A stretch of DNA of 55,003 nt, taken from positions 1 to 55,003 of the forward strand of contig JWZX01003342.1 in assembly GCA_001275005.1 (NCBI GenBank), given 5' to 3'. This DNA is from Chrysochromulina tobinii. Taxonomy: Eukaryota. The number at the start of each line of letters is the position of its first letter. Position 1 is the first letter of the stretch. A program made the position numbers and the translations under genes. Under the pieces are notes generated by a model, which did no database searches, was not told the origin of the DNA, and was given only the letters and a program-made list of their open reading frames with translations. Below, piece after piece: positions 9,353-21,620 of the stretch.

Positions 9353-10219
9353 TTACGCCGTGTCAAAAACGTTGGGCAGCGACGCTGAGGTTGAATCGCT
9401 CCCCCTCGTACAAGTATCCCTAGGAACATTTGGATCCGCCGCCGCGCCATACTGCCGCAGCCACTCGCGCCCGCGCAGGTCGGCTTGTCGCACCGGCTCC
9501 GGGATACGATGTTTGGTCAACAGCACCGTCAACGCAATCGCGGAGTCGAGAGATATGCCATGGCCGACGGAGACAATGACCGGCTTAAAGCTCGCCTCGT
9601 CAACGCTCTTGCTCGTGCGCAGCAGCGCGCCCCACACCGCACCCGAGCGGCCCACCAGCTTGGCCGACGCGAAGCGGTGCGTCATGTTCGAATAGAGGCT
9701 CTTGACTGCCTTGACGGTCAGCCCGTCGACGTGGTGGAGGGTCTTGCCACAGCCCACCGTGGGGACGCCCGAAAGCACACCGAGATGGCACGCGAGACCA
9801 AAGCGCGACGGGTGGAGCACGCCATTGCCGTCCACCATGATCACCTCGGGCAAGAGCTGCGGCGACTCGGCGCGAAGCTCATCCAGGAGTGCAATCAAGA
9901 AACCAACCTCGCGAAAGGCGAGGTAGCCAGGAATATAGGGCGCATTCAGAACGACACGTCGGCAGCGATGCCACACAACAGTGAGTGTGGAGGCGTCGAG
10001 CACGACCAAGCAGGCGCACGCGTCGGTGTCCGAGTCCTTTATGAAGGATACGTCCACGCCACCGACCAGCCGGATGTTGCCAAAGTCTCGCATGTCCCTC
10101 TCGACGAGCCACCAGCTCAGCCAGCGCTGCCGGAGCCACCAGCGAGTGCGCTGACGGGAGAGAACGGCGCTGGCGATTAGCAAAACAACGCTGGCCACGG
10201 CGGCGGTGGGCCGCCTCAT
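9353..10219 (-). CDS. ENDOV: Endonuclease V (inosine-specific nuclease)
   Basis: Motifs VGGVDVSF, PYIPGYLAFRE, IMVDGNGVLHP..FGLACHLG, VGCGK, VSVGHGISL, RIPEPVRQAD. Confidence 0.95.
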   Translation of the reverse strand: MRRPTAAVASVVLLIASAVLSRQRTRWWLRQRWLSWWLVERDMRDFGNIRLVGGVDVSFIKDSDTDACACLVVLDASTLTVVWHRCRRVVLNAPYIPGYLAFREVGFLIALLDELRAESPQLLPEVIMVDGNGVLHPSRFGLACHLGVLSGVPTVGCGKTLHHVDGLTVKAVKSLYSNMTHRFASAKLVGRSGAVWGALLRTSKSVDEASFKPVIVSVGHGISLDSAIALTVLLTKHRIPEPVRQADLRGREWLRQYGAAADPNVPRDTCTRGSDSTSASLPNVFDTA

Positions 10220-10665
10220 CGTCACGCAGTCATGGCTTTCACGGACGGGAGCGTCAACACCACGTCCGTGTCGCAAGTTTGGAGCTGACCTTTATATACG
10301 ATCCTTGCAATCCCCGCCGGTGTGTTAGTCTACCGCGCGACGCGACCGCAGCGCCAGTCTGCGTTTCTTAAGATCGTTATGAGCTAACCTTTCCGCTCAA
10401 ATATACGCGTGCATGTAGATCATGCACTCGTCTAAGCACTCGTAAAGAACGTTCAACTCGTGGTCCTGCTCCTCAAGGCTCTGTGGCGGGAGTCGGGGTT
10501 AATAAAGATAAGATCACATTGCGATTTGAATTTCGCCGTCCGAACTCGGCCAATGTCAAACATCGAAAACGAAACAACATTTCCGTGCAAAAAACGGCGC
10601 TTGTGGAGTCTAAGTGATCTGGACTGTCCGCGCCGCTCCTCTTCCGATCGCGCACGTGTGGTTCC

Positions 10666-11795
10666 ATGGAAGTCTTTGCATCCGACAAGGCCCAGAAGCC
10701 GCCGTGGCAAGGCCCGCTCGACAAGGCGCCAAAGGTGTACAATAAGATGTATGCGGTGAATATGGACGCATTGCGAGTGTTGGATAAGGATGGAGATGGC
10801 GAGGTCGAGTCCCACGAGGTGTGTTGCGCGCGTGCTTGTCAAGCGCAGATAGCCTTCGTGCCTATCACAGCATGCCCTCAAACATTGTCGTCGCGCCATT
10901 CGCTTGTGCAGATCGAGGAGCAGACCATGTCACGTGTCCAGGAGGGGACCCACTACCGCACGGTCATCTCAAAGTTTGGCGGCCCCATCAAAGTGGGCTC
11001 TGCCTTGTCCATCCCGAAGCAGGTGACTGGAGAGCTACGGCCCGAGAACTTTACGCGCGCTCTTGAGCCGTGCGACGGCAAGGGGATCCCCGCGTCGAAC
11101 GTGCAACGTGCCAAGGTTGGTGGCTGGGTCGTTGGCTACTCCGGCCACCGGCCGAAGGCGCGCGAAGTGGTGAACACGATGGCCTACGGCGGTGTGCCGC
11201 TCTTCCACCGAATGGATGAGTCGCGGTTGGCTCCTGGCCAGGGCCCAGCAGCTCAAGAACCGCAACACGACCACCTGGATGGAGATCGCGCCCGAGACTG
11301 AAGTATGTGGCGCCGATGAAGGAGGTCGGCGGCCGGGCAGTGCCCGGCTACATGGGCCATGTGCCTCACGGCGAGCCCACGCCACCGGCGCAGCAGGAGA
11401 TCATGGGCCCATGGGGCCGGCAGCCCGTCAAGATGGGCTGGTCGGCTGAAATGGCTAAGCAGAGGCGGCCAGCGAGCAGCCCGCCTGTGAGAGAGACGAC
11501 GGATGGCACTCCAGCACACACCCGGCCGCACGCCACGGACTACAAAGCGCTCGACCGCTCGTCGATGCCGGAGCACATGCCATTGGTTGGCTACACCGGT
11601 CATCTGCGGCGAATCAAGGAGAGCACAGGTTGCTACGGCACCTCGCACTGGCGCCCCGAGGCTCCGGTCAGTCGCGCGATGGCGACGGCGATGGCTTACG
11701 AGAGTGCCAAGCAAAAGGCGATCGATAATTTCAAGCCGACCTTCAGCGGCAACGTCGGATACTCCGATCCGTATGCGGGTCTGCTCAATTGCTAG
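10666..11795 (+). CDS. EF-hand plus GY.GH.P-repeat protein (FAM166/CIMIP2-like, possibly ciliary); intron 10819-10911; frame switches near 11240-11300
   Basis: EF-hand loop DKDGDGEVESHE|I restored by a GT-AG intron. Three motifs VVGYSGHRP, VPGYMGHVP, LVGYTGHLR lie in different frames. Confidence 0.6.
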
Positions 11796-12264
11796 CACGT
11801 GCTCTCAGGCGGCGCAGCCTGTGCCAATGATCGGATGATCCCAGAGCAGACACAATCACAGCAGCTCAGCATGTGCCAAATGGCCAATGGCCTGTACTGT
11901 ACAACCAGGTGTGTGGGTGCAACCGCGAGGCCCTGTGGCTCACTGCCCTTCTGCGCCCCAGAGACGAGAGAGGCGTGCGCATGACGTGCTCTACAATTGT
12001 ATGGGGCATGCTATGGGTATGGGTGAGCATGCCAATGTCGAATGTCCAATGTGGGCCAATACTGACCGTTGCGAGTTTGCGACCCCTCCGTGTTTTCTGT
12101 TTACATGTATCTTCACACGTAGAGTTCACTTCTTAAACTGTTGGCCATTCCGTTAAACAGTTTCATAATGTAATCTGAATTCACAGGTGTTTTTGGTACA
12201 ATCTGAGTTCACAGGGTGTTTTTGAACCAGGGCGGGTGTACGAAATCCCTCCCCGCACCCGGGA

Positions 12265-13332
12265 ATGGTGTCCATCATCCGAGGCTTGTTCCGCGCGCGC
12301 CAGCCCGGTGAAAATGAGGATGCAGATCCAGAGTACCTTGCCTCACCAGACCGCATGAAGATGCTCTCTGAGCAGAAAATGCGCCTAAAATGTCGTGAAC
12401 GACTCCAGGCGAGCGTCACGCTGCCCTTCAATGAGGCCAACGAGGAGCACATGCTTCTTCTTTCGACCATCTGGTCGCAGGCGTTCCCATGGCGCAGCTT
12501 CGAACTACCGAGCGAGCGCTGGAAGGAGGCGGGCTTCCAAGGCCGCGATCCGCGCACCGACTTGCGCGGCACTGGTGTCATCAGTCTGCGGCACCTTCAG
12601 AGCTTCTTGTCGACGAGGAAGGACGAGCTGGCCGGCGTGCTACCAGCCGAGTCCAGCAGCGACCCGCTGCGGGCGTTCCCGCTCTCGATCGCGTCGATCA
12701 ATGTGTCCGCCATGCTCCTCTCGCATCTGCAGCTCGCTCCGCACCTCACAATCGCCTTTCTGCCCAACGGCGGACGAAAGACGGAGGCCTCGGCGGCAAC
12801 GCTCGCAGGCTTCCTTTCGATGGGCCAGCCCCCAACGGAGGGCAGCACCGAGGCCGTCCAAGAGGGCGGCGCGGCGGCCATTGACGTCGAGCTCGGCGAC
12901 GAGGCGCAGCTCGCGGCCCGCATAGCGCGGCTCGAGTACGTCCTGGCGGCCATGCACGAGAGATTGCTGATGCACCTCGCCGCCACCTGGGGCACCATGC
13001 TGCGTGAAGACCCGCAGCTCACGATCATGTCCTTCCCAGTGGCGCTCAAGAGCACCTTCGGCGAGCTGATCCGAAGCCTCGAGCGCACCGCCGCTGACGC
13101 CCTCGGTGCGGTGCGACCCTGGCAGCTTCATGTGCTGCTCGATACGCTCGAGGACGCCGCCACGAGAGCCAAGGGCTCTGACAGCGACGGCTGGGAGGCG
13201 TTCCTGCTCGCACCGTCGCTGCACACATTCGGGGCACTCCTGCTCAACTTCTGCGCGTGCGGGTGCGGCGCGTCGAGGGCCGCCGCTGTTGCGCCAGCCA
13301 CGCATATCGTTCAAATAAAGAAGCGCGAGTGA
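12265..13332 (+). CDS. ELMO/CED-12 domain protein (ELMOD-like Arf/Arl GAP)
   Basis: Signature RWKEAGFQGRDPRTDLRGTGVISL and FPLSIASINVS. Confidence 0.9.
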   Translation: MVSIIRGLFRARQPGENEDADPEYLASPDRMKMLSEQKMRLKCRERLQASVTLPFNEANEEHMLLLSTIWSQAFPWRSFELPSERWKEAGFQGRDPRTDLRGTGVISLRHLQSFLSTRKDELAGVLPAESSSDPLRAFPLSIASINVSAMLLSHLQLAPHLTIAFLPNGGRKTEASAATLAGFLSMGQPPTEGSTEAVQEGGAAAIDVELGDEAQLAARIARLEYVLAAMHERLLMHLAATWGTMLREDPQLTIMSFPVALKSTFGELIRSLERTAADALGAVRPWQLHVLLDTLEDAATRAKGSDSDGWEAFLLAPSLHTFGALLLNFCACGCGASRAAAVAPATHIVQIKKRE

Positions 13333-13625
13333 CCCGGTCGAGCACGCTAGACCGGCTTGATATCGATGGAAAAAACTTCGCTTCTGGCTTTGCATTGTTG
13401 GCCGGGGATTTCGGAATCCCCTGATATTGATAACAGGTCACACGGCCACGGACAAGGGATCCAGGCTAACGCTAAAGTCGAGTACGTGCCGCGACGACGG
13501 CTTTTACTTACATATGATTCGTCGTCGTTACGCCGTTCGCCGGTTCGGGCTTGTTGGGGGCCGGGCTCGGCTTCACTGTACACACCTCACACACGGCACC
13601 CCTCGGCGTGGGCGCGCGCCTGCAG

Positions 13626-14349
13626 CTACACCGTGCGCTTCGCGCGCCTGGCACCGATCTGCTTCGCCCTCTGTTCTGGCGGGCTTGTCAGCGGCGTCCT
13701 CGACAGCACGAGCCTGCTGCTGTCGTTCACGACGCTGCTGTTGTCGAGCTTCATCTGGAGCCCGGCGCCGAGCATGGTGCCGTTCATCGGGAGCACGCCG
13801 CTGATGCGACCTGCCGCCTTGGAAACCGACTGCCGAGTGGCGTCCTTCGACTTAAGCCAGCAGTGCCCCGCCTCCTTGGCGAGCGTCCAAGCGCGACAAG
13901 GAGGGCTCGCAGGCGGCGCCACGTACGATGCGCACGCGTCACGGCATGCGAGGACGGTATGTGTATGACTGAGCTGGTGCACGTCCCCTCCGACCAGCTC
14001 GGTATCGTCGAAGATGTGCGCCGTGTCCTCGTCCAATTCAGGCGCCGCCAAGCTTGCACCGTCGTACACGACCTCGAGAGCGTCGGCGTCGTCGTCCTCG
14101 CGTGAGCCCCGTAGCCAGCCGTCGGCACCCGGCGCCCCGTCCTCAAGCGCGAGATCATCGAGATCATCGAGCTCGGGCTCAGAGTGCATCTCGAGGTCGT
14201 CCTCAGAAAATTCACGCTCACCCTCATCCACTCCAGCGTCCGCGTCCCAAGTCCGGTGCTCCTCGCTGGGGCCGCCGCTGTCGCCGCCGCCGCCGCTGCT
14301 GCTGCTCCTGCTGCTGTTGCCGCCGCTGTTGCTACGGCTGCTGCTGCTG

Positions 14350-14393
<44 letters not shown>

Positions 14394-15506
14394 GTTACCG
14401 GTGCTGCTGCCGCTGCTGCTGCTGCGGCGGCGGCGGCTGCTACCGCTGCTGCTGCTACCGCTGCTGTTGCTGTTGCCGCTGCTGCTGCTGTTACCGGTGC
14501 TGCGGCGGCGGTGGCTGCTGCTGCTGCTGTCGATCACGCTCGCGCTTCTCTGATTCGCCGTGCCGGCGCGGCGCTCGGCGCGGCGCTCGATCCTTGCCGC
14601 CTCAGCCGCCGAGCGCTGCTGCTCACGCTCCTGCTCATCGCTCGCTCGTTTTTCGCGCGCTCGCTCGAGGCGACGCGCGCGCTCGGCGATCTGGGCGCGC
14701 GTGAGCCGAGCGCCGACCGAGTCTGCCGTGTAGCGCAGCGCCGACGTGTTCACGAGCCGCAGGAGGCACAAGTGGCGCTCCTTGTGTAGCGTCCACGCGA
14801 TGCAGCGGCCATGTGCGAGGCAATGCTCCTCGCACTCGACGGGGATGCTCACGTCGACGAGGAGGCGCACGTCGCCCAAAAAGGTGGTCGAGTCATTGTA
14901 CCGCTCGACGTCCTCATCCGTGAGCACCACCGGCGAACGCTCCGACGACTGTTCCGTGAACCCCGTGTAGTCGCTTCCGTCCTCGAGGCCGCCCTCGAGA
15001 CCGCCCTCGCTGTCATCGCCCTCCTCCTGTGCGTCGTCCTCGTACTCGGGCACGTCCTCGCCCTCGTTGCTGCTCCGCCATCGTTGCCCGTGAGCACGGC
15101 GACCGTCGTGGCTGTGGTTGAGCGCGGACAGGCGCGCGATCTTGAGCGTCTCGTTGATGCTCCCTGAGATCGTATTGGGGTTACTCTTGGCCGAGTACCC
15201 CTGACCCTTGAGCCAGCAAGCCTTGTCCGTCTTGACGTATGTAAACGCGAGGCAGCGCGGATGCTCCTCGCACGCGATGCGGCACTTCACGGCGTCCTCA
15301 ACGCCGTAGAGGCTGTCGATGTCTGCGCCCGCAAAGTCCATTTGTTCCTCGAGGTGCTCGCCGCCGTTGTGCATGCCGTGCATCATCCACATGAGCGCGC
15401 CAAGCCACACGAAGGAGAGGGCTCCGAAGATGAGAAAAAGCTGCGGGCGACGCAGGCGGCCCGGCGCCACCAGCGGCTTGGACGCCGCCGTCTCAAGGTC
15501 GGCCAT
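13626..15506 (-). CDS. Type II membrane protein with three PAN/apple domains and a poly-Ser linker
   Basis: N-terminal TM (LFLIFGALSFVWLGALMWMM). Three C-x3-C...C-x-A-[FW]-T...C-[WL]-L-[KR] modules (CRIACEEHPRCLAFTY..CWLK; CEEHCLAHGRCIAWT..CLLR; CRDAC..CRAWT..CWLK). Confidence 0.85.
14295..14530. repeat. (CTG)n-rich trinucleotide tract encoding poly-Ser on the minus strand
   Basis: Long interrupted CTG runs visible directly. Confidence 0.95.
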
Positions 15507-15658
15507 CGTCACGGCGCAGACGTCTGCGGAATCAAGCCCAGGACGGTATTTGAGCGAAATCCGGTTCTTGAGCGAAATTGTACTGTGCCGCTACTGTGCC
15601 CGTCCCGAGACGTACGACTCATCGTTTGGAAGCACATGCTCGTCATGGCGCCAACGCG

Positions 15659-15690
15659 TTGACTTGACTTGACTTGACTTGACTTGACTT
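15659..15690. repeat. (TTGAC)6 microsatellite between divergent genes
   Basis: ttgacttgacttgacttgacttgacttgactt between ATG 15506(-) and ATG 15757(+). Confidence 0.95.
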
Positions 15691-15756
15691 CGCGCGCGCT
15701 CGAGACCACGCCAAAATCGCTTTGGACAAACTCAACCTCTTCAGAGCCTACAGCCA

Positions 15757-17446
15757 ATGTCGCTGCCTTTGTCGCTGCGCGGCAGCGGCCTCAGCGCTGG
15801 TGGCCCGCCGAGCCACGCCCTCGTCAACGCTATACACAACCCAGCGTGCAACATCGCTGACGTGCCCGGCGACGTGCTGAGCCTCGAGTACGATGGCCGG
15901 ATCATCGAGGTTCGTGCGTTTGTGCCGAGCCGTTCCGGGGTGACAGCTCACGAGGTGCTCAACGCGATCGCCTCGCCATCACTGTGCTTCACCGAGGAGC
16001 TGCGCGACGAGCTGCGCTCCTTTGCACGCGTCAGCATCAAATCGCTCGACGGAGAGGCTCCGCCGCCCTCGCCGCCGTGGGTTGCCGTCGAATACTCGCC
16101 GCCGCCTCCGCCGCGACCCTCGCCGCCGCCCTCACCGTCGCCACCGCCGCCACCCCGACCACCACCTGGACCGCAGCTGCCACCGCAGCCGCAGCCGCCA
16201 CCGCCACCACCCAACCCGCCACCCTCGCCGGAGCCGTCGCCGCCTCCGCCGCCGCCGCCGAGCCCTAGTCCGCCCGAGCCGTCGCCTCCGCCTCCGAATC
16301 CACAGAAGCCGGCGCCGGCGCCAAAGCCCTCACCTGCTCCGCTGCCGCCGAAGCCGCTGCCGCCGCCTCCGCCGTGCCCGGCACCTCCGGTGGCGCCGTT
16401 GCCGCAGCGTCCGCCGCCGCCTCCGCTCCCGCCGCCGCCTCCGCTCCCGCCACCGTCGCCATCGCCGCAGTCGCCACCGCCCGCGCCGCCAGCCAACCCG
16501 TCGCTGCTCGTCCGCGCGGCAGGGTTCAGTACGTCGCTGCTCGAGACTTTCTGGTGGCTGCTGGTCCTCGTGGCGCTTGCCGCCGTCTGGTACAGCGTCC
16601 CTTGGGCGCGGATGGCTCAGGACGCCGTGGAGGCCGCCGAGAAACGCCGTAAAAAGGCAGCCGAGGAGAAGCTCCTCCCTCCCGCCCGATACACGCGCTC
16701 CGACGACCCCGAAGCGATCGACGACGCCTACGGAGGCTATGCGAAGCCCTATGCGACCATGAGAGATCCAACGGCCGCAGCTCCAGGTAGCCAAGTTGAG
16801 TCTCCGCGCCGCGCGGCGCCGGCGGCGTCCAAATCGACCGCTCCGAGCTACCTCGCTTCGTTGCGAGCGACCGCGACGAGCGCGCGCGGCGAGTCTTCGT
16901 TCCCGGTGCCCTCATCGTACCTCGACTCCGATCGGTTCGACGACGAGGATGACTGGAAGCCCCCTGAGACCGACGAGAGCACCAAGCTCAACGATTGGCT
17001 CGCTGCTGCGCTCGCGGACGCTACTGCACCACCCGCGCCGGTGCAGGATGTGCCGGCCGCGCCGTCCCCACCGCGCAAGGGATCCCCGCCGCCGCCCGCC
17101 GCCCCGCCGCCAGAGGAGGACTTGGTGATCGATGTCGATGGCCCGCCTCACCAAGTCCTCAATCGATCACCTCCTAGCACTTCGGCGGCCGCCGCCGCTG
17201 CTGCTCAAGGGTCCCTCGCCGCTGCCACGCACCCGCCTGAGCCGACGCGCAAAGGATCGCCGCCGCCGCCTGAGCCGACGCGCAAAGGATCGCCACCGCC
17301 GCCTGAGCCGACGCGCAAAGGATCGCCACCGCCGCCTGAGCCGACGCGCAAAGGATCGCCGCCGCCGCCTGAGCCGCGGGGGGCCGCGCCAGCAGGGCCG
17401 CGGCCGCCCAAGGTGGTTACTGAGAGGTTACCGACCGACTGGGACG

Positions 17447-17477
<31 letters not shown>

Positions 17478-18126
17478 GCAGCAGGCGCGTACTGCAGTCA
17501 CGCCCGCGCCGTACATTCGCGGGCAGCCCAAGGCCGCGGCGGGCTCCTCTAAGAACGCCTCCTACGCCTACCAAGGCTTGCCTCCGACCGCCCAGGGCCA
17601 GCGCGGTGTATCGCCTCAAGGCTCGGAGTCCGATTCCGGCTCGCCGCCCAAGCCGGGCAGCTCGGGCAAGGCGAGGGCGTGGTCGCCCCCGAAGAACCTG
17701 ACGGACTGGTCCCCTCCCCGGCCGCCGCCGCAGCCCGCGTCGCCGCCGCTCGATTTGACGAAACTGGACCAATCGGAGCTCTCACGCCTCGCGGAGATGG
17801 AGAGCACCAACGGCGTACCTCTCACCCCGGGAGGCTCGACGCCGTTCCGGTCGGGCTTCGTCAAGAACATCTCGAACAAGTGGACGGAGTTCCACTCAGT
17901 CCCTCGACCTTTCTTCCGGATTACGACGAGCGGCCGGCGCGTCGAGGACAAAGGACATGAGTCCGCGAGGGCGATGGCACCCAACTCGTTCACACGACGG
18001 CGCAATCTGCTCGAGGAGATCGTGGGTTCACCGCCAGAGAGGAAGAGGCGCAACTCGAGCCCCGACCGAATGCCGTTCAGCAGGGACGGCCGGTCGTCGT
18101 ATGAAGACGAGCTGCAGCACATTTGA
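15757..18126 (+). CDS. Proline-rich single-pass membrane protein
   Basis: 789-aa ORF with extensin-like SPPPP region, TM FWWLLVLVALAAVWYSV, disordered tail with 4x EPTRKGSPPPP and poly-Q. May lack a 5' exon. Confidence 0.75.
17233..17375 (+). repeat. 33-bp coding tandem repeat (4 copies)
   Basis: CCGCCTGAGCCGACGCGCAAAGGATCGCC(G/A)CCG repeated. Confidence 0.95.
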
Positions 18127-18820
18127 ATCGGTGGCGCGAAGACGGCGCGCGGTGGCCGCTGGTGAAAGCCGCGAATGCCCCGCTCCCCTTTCGCTCAGAG
18201 AGGGCCGTCGAGGCGAGGGTATACTCATCTGTCTACGGAGTACTGTCAGAACGCCCACTCCCCCCGAATGTTGCGGGAGGGAGCGCGGAGCGTGCATGGG
18301 CCATGCCTTGTAGCCCCGGGGTTGATTATTTTGTCGCGACATGTTCCGGGGCTCGAAGCGGGCGGGTTCGGATACTTGTCGGGAATGCGCGTTCTTGGCC
18401 GTTACGCGGGTAGACAACCGAACACACTCGCGCCGCAACCGAACACGCTCGACTGTACGAGTAAACCTAAACGAAGCCGTGACCTGTTTAACCGACCTGG
18501 AAGAGGAACACTCGCGCTCCCTCGCGCGTTCGCATGTTGCATGTCGCTGCACCGCCTCCGCACGATCTGCAAAACCCTGCCCTGCAATGACGAATAGAGA
18601 AGAGTACTTCATGCAGCACCATGCCAGCTCCACGCACTGGGAAGAAGTCCCGTGCGCGCTCACATTATGTGAATATGTTGGCTCCATCTCATGTCGTCTC
18701 ATTCATATGTGGACATGCCCTCGTACCACGTACGTGCATCCCCGATATACTCTGGAGACGACGCGCACCCTTTCTTGAGCGGGTCGGTGGAGGCTGGCGT
18801 CTCGGAGATCGTCTCGGAGA

Positions 18821-20906
18821 TTACGCGCGCCCTTTCTTGAGCGGGTCGGTGGAGGCTGGCGTCTTCGGGCCAACAGGATCGGGAGAAAGGGCCTGCCACG
18901 GTTGAACGGCGAACGCGAGAGGTGCACGGGATGCGTGTGGGGTTGTGGGAAGATGAGGGGCACGGGATGCGTTCTAGGGTCGATCAAGGACACTCACCAT
19001 CCCGTCGAGGTTGGCCGGCGGCTCGTCCTTGCTGTTGCTGCTGCCCCCCCATCGCGACGCGCCCGACTTGCGGCTCCGTTTCTTCTCAAGCCGCTCGCGG
19101 TCGATGTAGCACTGCTCGCGGAAGGAAGTGGGCGTGGCCGGGCCGGGCACGTCATCATCGTTGAGCAGCGCAGCATCGATGGCCGAAGGGAAGGAGGCCG
19201 AGCCTGTCAGGCGCGTGGGAGACTCCACGTTCTCCAGCGAACGGTATTTATGGAGCAGCCTCTGCCCGGCCTCGCCTGACCGGTCGGCGGTGGTCAGCTT
19301 GTACGGCGGGCACGGCGAGGTGTCGCGCAGGAAGGGGTGCTGCAGCGCCTTCTCAGCCGTCGCGCGCTCGACGGGATCCAGCGCGAGCAGCTGCCTGATA
19401 AAGGAGGCAAAGTTGGGGTCGTCGGCGCCGTGGCGTTCGCAGAGCGCCTCCAGAGACGTCGAAGTGGGTTTCATGCGGCACAGCCGGCCGTCGTGCTTGC
19501 CAACGAGGGTCTGCGGGTGCGAAGAGCTGCCCATGTGCTCGAAATAATACTCTGACAGCTGCCCCTCTTCCACAAGCCTCTTCGGGAACGGCCCCAGCAG
19601 CGCAATGTGCGACGCGAGCAGCGACTGTACCGAGCGGTTGTCGAAGAGCAGCCGGTTTGTGAGCAGCTCCATCAGGATGCACCCGAACGACCACAGGTCG
19701 ACCTTTGTCGAGTATGCGTGGCCTAGAACGACCTCAGGCGCGCGGTAGGCGCGGCTCTGGACGTACGAGCAGCGCTGGTCGTGATGCAGGTAGGCGTTGC
19801 CGTAGTCAATTACCTTGACCTGGCACGCCGTCAGGCTCTGGATGAGAATGTTCTCCGGCTTGAGGTCGCAATGGATCACGTGCTGTGCATGCAGCACGGC
19901 GAGCGTCTGCAGGCACTGGCGCGCCACCTCGCGCAGCCGCTGGCATGTAAAATATTTGGGCAGGGCACACTCCTCGATGTACTTGTAAATATGGTACAGG
20001 TTGTCCCGTAGCAGCTCGTATACTATGAAGAGTGTCTCGCGGTAGTAGAAGACGTTGAGCAGCGCGGGCAGCAGCGCCCTTTGCTCCGAATCGATCCGTC
20101 GTGAGAGCAGCTTGAGCAGCTTCACCTGTGATGAGGGAGGCAACCAGGCGCACTCATAGACGATATCAGAGGCAATCCGTCAGAGGCAATCCGTCAGAGG
20201 CAATCCGTCATGAGAGCAGCGTCTGAGCAGCTCTCACCTCCCACAAGTTCTGGTCGAGGATGTCCTTGGTGTTCTTGGAGACCTTGACGCAGACGAAGCG
20301 GTGGCGCGACGAGGGCCCCGCCCGCAGGTCCTCGCACTGCACCGTGTGGCAGAACGTGCCCGAGCCCAGGTACTGGATCACCACGTACCGGCCGGCGATG
20401 ATCTGCTTCTCCTCGACGCGGAAGTGTGGCTCCGACTCGAGCCCCGACGTGAGGGCGTCGTAGTGCACGGTGAGCGCGAATTCCTCCGTGGCGGCGCCCT
20501 CACGCTTCTTGTCGTCGCGCTCGCCAAAGAAGACTGGGTCTGGCTTCGTGAGCAGCACGCTCGGCACCGACGCGGGGTCGATTGGCTCGGTGTCAAAGAG
20601 ACGCCCCGGCCGGGTGGACGTGCCTGGCACCGGCAGCGCCTCGCCGACGGGCGGCAGGGCGGCGGCGGCGGCGGCGGCGGCAGACTTCTTGCTGGAGCTA
20701 CCCGAAGACGCCGAGGTGCCCGCCGCGCTCGTCGAGCTTGGTGGGCTCCACTTGCTCGGGTCCGAGGCGATCTCCTTCTTTAGGGCGCTGCATGCCACAT
20801 CGAGCTTCTGCGCAGCGAGCCAGCGCTGCACGGCCTCGAGCGCCGCGGATGGCTGCAACAAAGTCAGCTCCTCAAGTAGCTGTTCGACGTCATCGGAATC
20901 GGGCAT
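18821..20906 (-). CDS. DYRK-family (CMGC) kinase with LisH-like N-terminus; introns 20126-20237 and 18893-18997
   Basis: YLGSGTF, VCVKV, HCDLKPENILI, IDYG, YVQSRAYRAPE, DLWSFGC. A GTGAGT donor at 18997 and CAG acceptor at 18893 give a last exon ALSPDPVGPKTPASTDPLKKGRA*. Confidence 0.9.
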
Positions 20907-21620
20907 GCCCAAGCCGCGTCGTGTGAGACGCACGACCGCATTCCTTCCGAGCGTCCTGCGTTCGCGGCGGTCGTCAAGACTCGTCAGACGCCAATCGACG
21001 CTCATCACGATCACGTTAAATTGCTATCGGCATACGCACGGGTCCCGTGGAGTCACACCGTGGAGGGCGCAGACAAACACACCATGACCACACACAGGCT
21101 TGCGGGTGCGGGAGTTCCAAGGACGCTCATCAAACCAATTGGCCATCACAACGGAAACTCTGTGGTCTGTCACGCACGCGCACCTCCACGCGGCACAGTG
21201 GGCACCGGCCGGTCAACTTCTGACGGCACCTGCGAGGATGCAGCGGCTCGATGTTCGAAGATGATGTCAGCGTGTGCGAGCGCTGACGGTGACGCTTCCC
21301 ACGGGTGTGCTGCACGGGTGTGCTGGTCCGCGCAAATCATAGCACGCACTCGGGCGCGGTTACGTCACGGCCTCCGATTGCACGGCCGCGCCATTGGGCC
21401 GCGCTCCCCCCAAGTTGGCGCTCCCACCCCCACGTCCGCCTCACAGATCGTGGGCACCAGGGGCATTTATAGCGGCACAAAACCGACATTATACGGTTAA
21501 CGCACCGGCACCCTGTCCCAGCGTGTGCGCGTGTCCTCGGGGTGTCCAGCGCCGCCACTTTGCCAGACGGTCCGCTCTGCCAGTTCTCTCGTACCCGACA
21601 TTTCACCTCCTGTCTCCTGA

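Noticed and set aside
14014..14789. Poly-Leu, poly-Cys and poly-Ala ORFs
   Set aside because: Antisense frames of the poly-Ser CTG tract.
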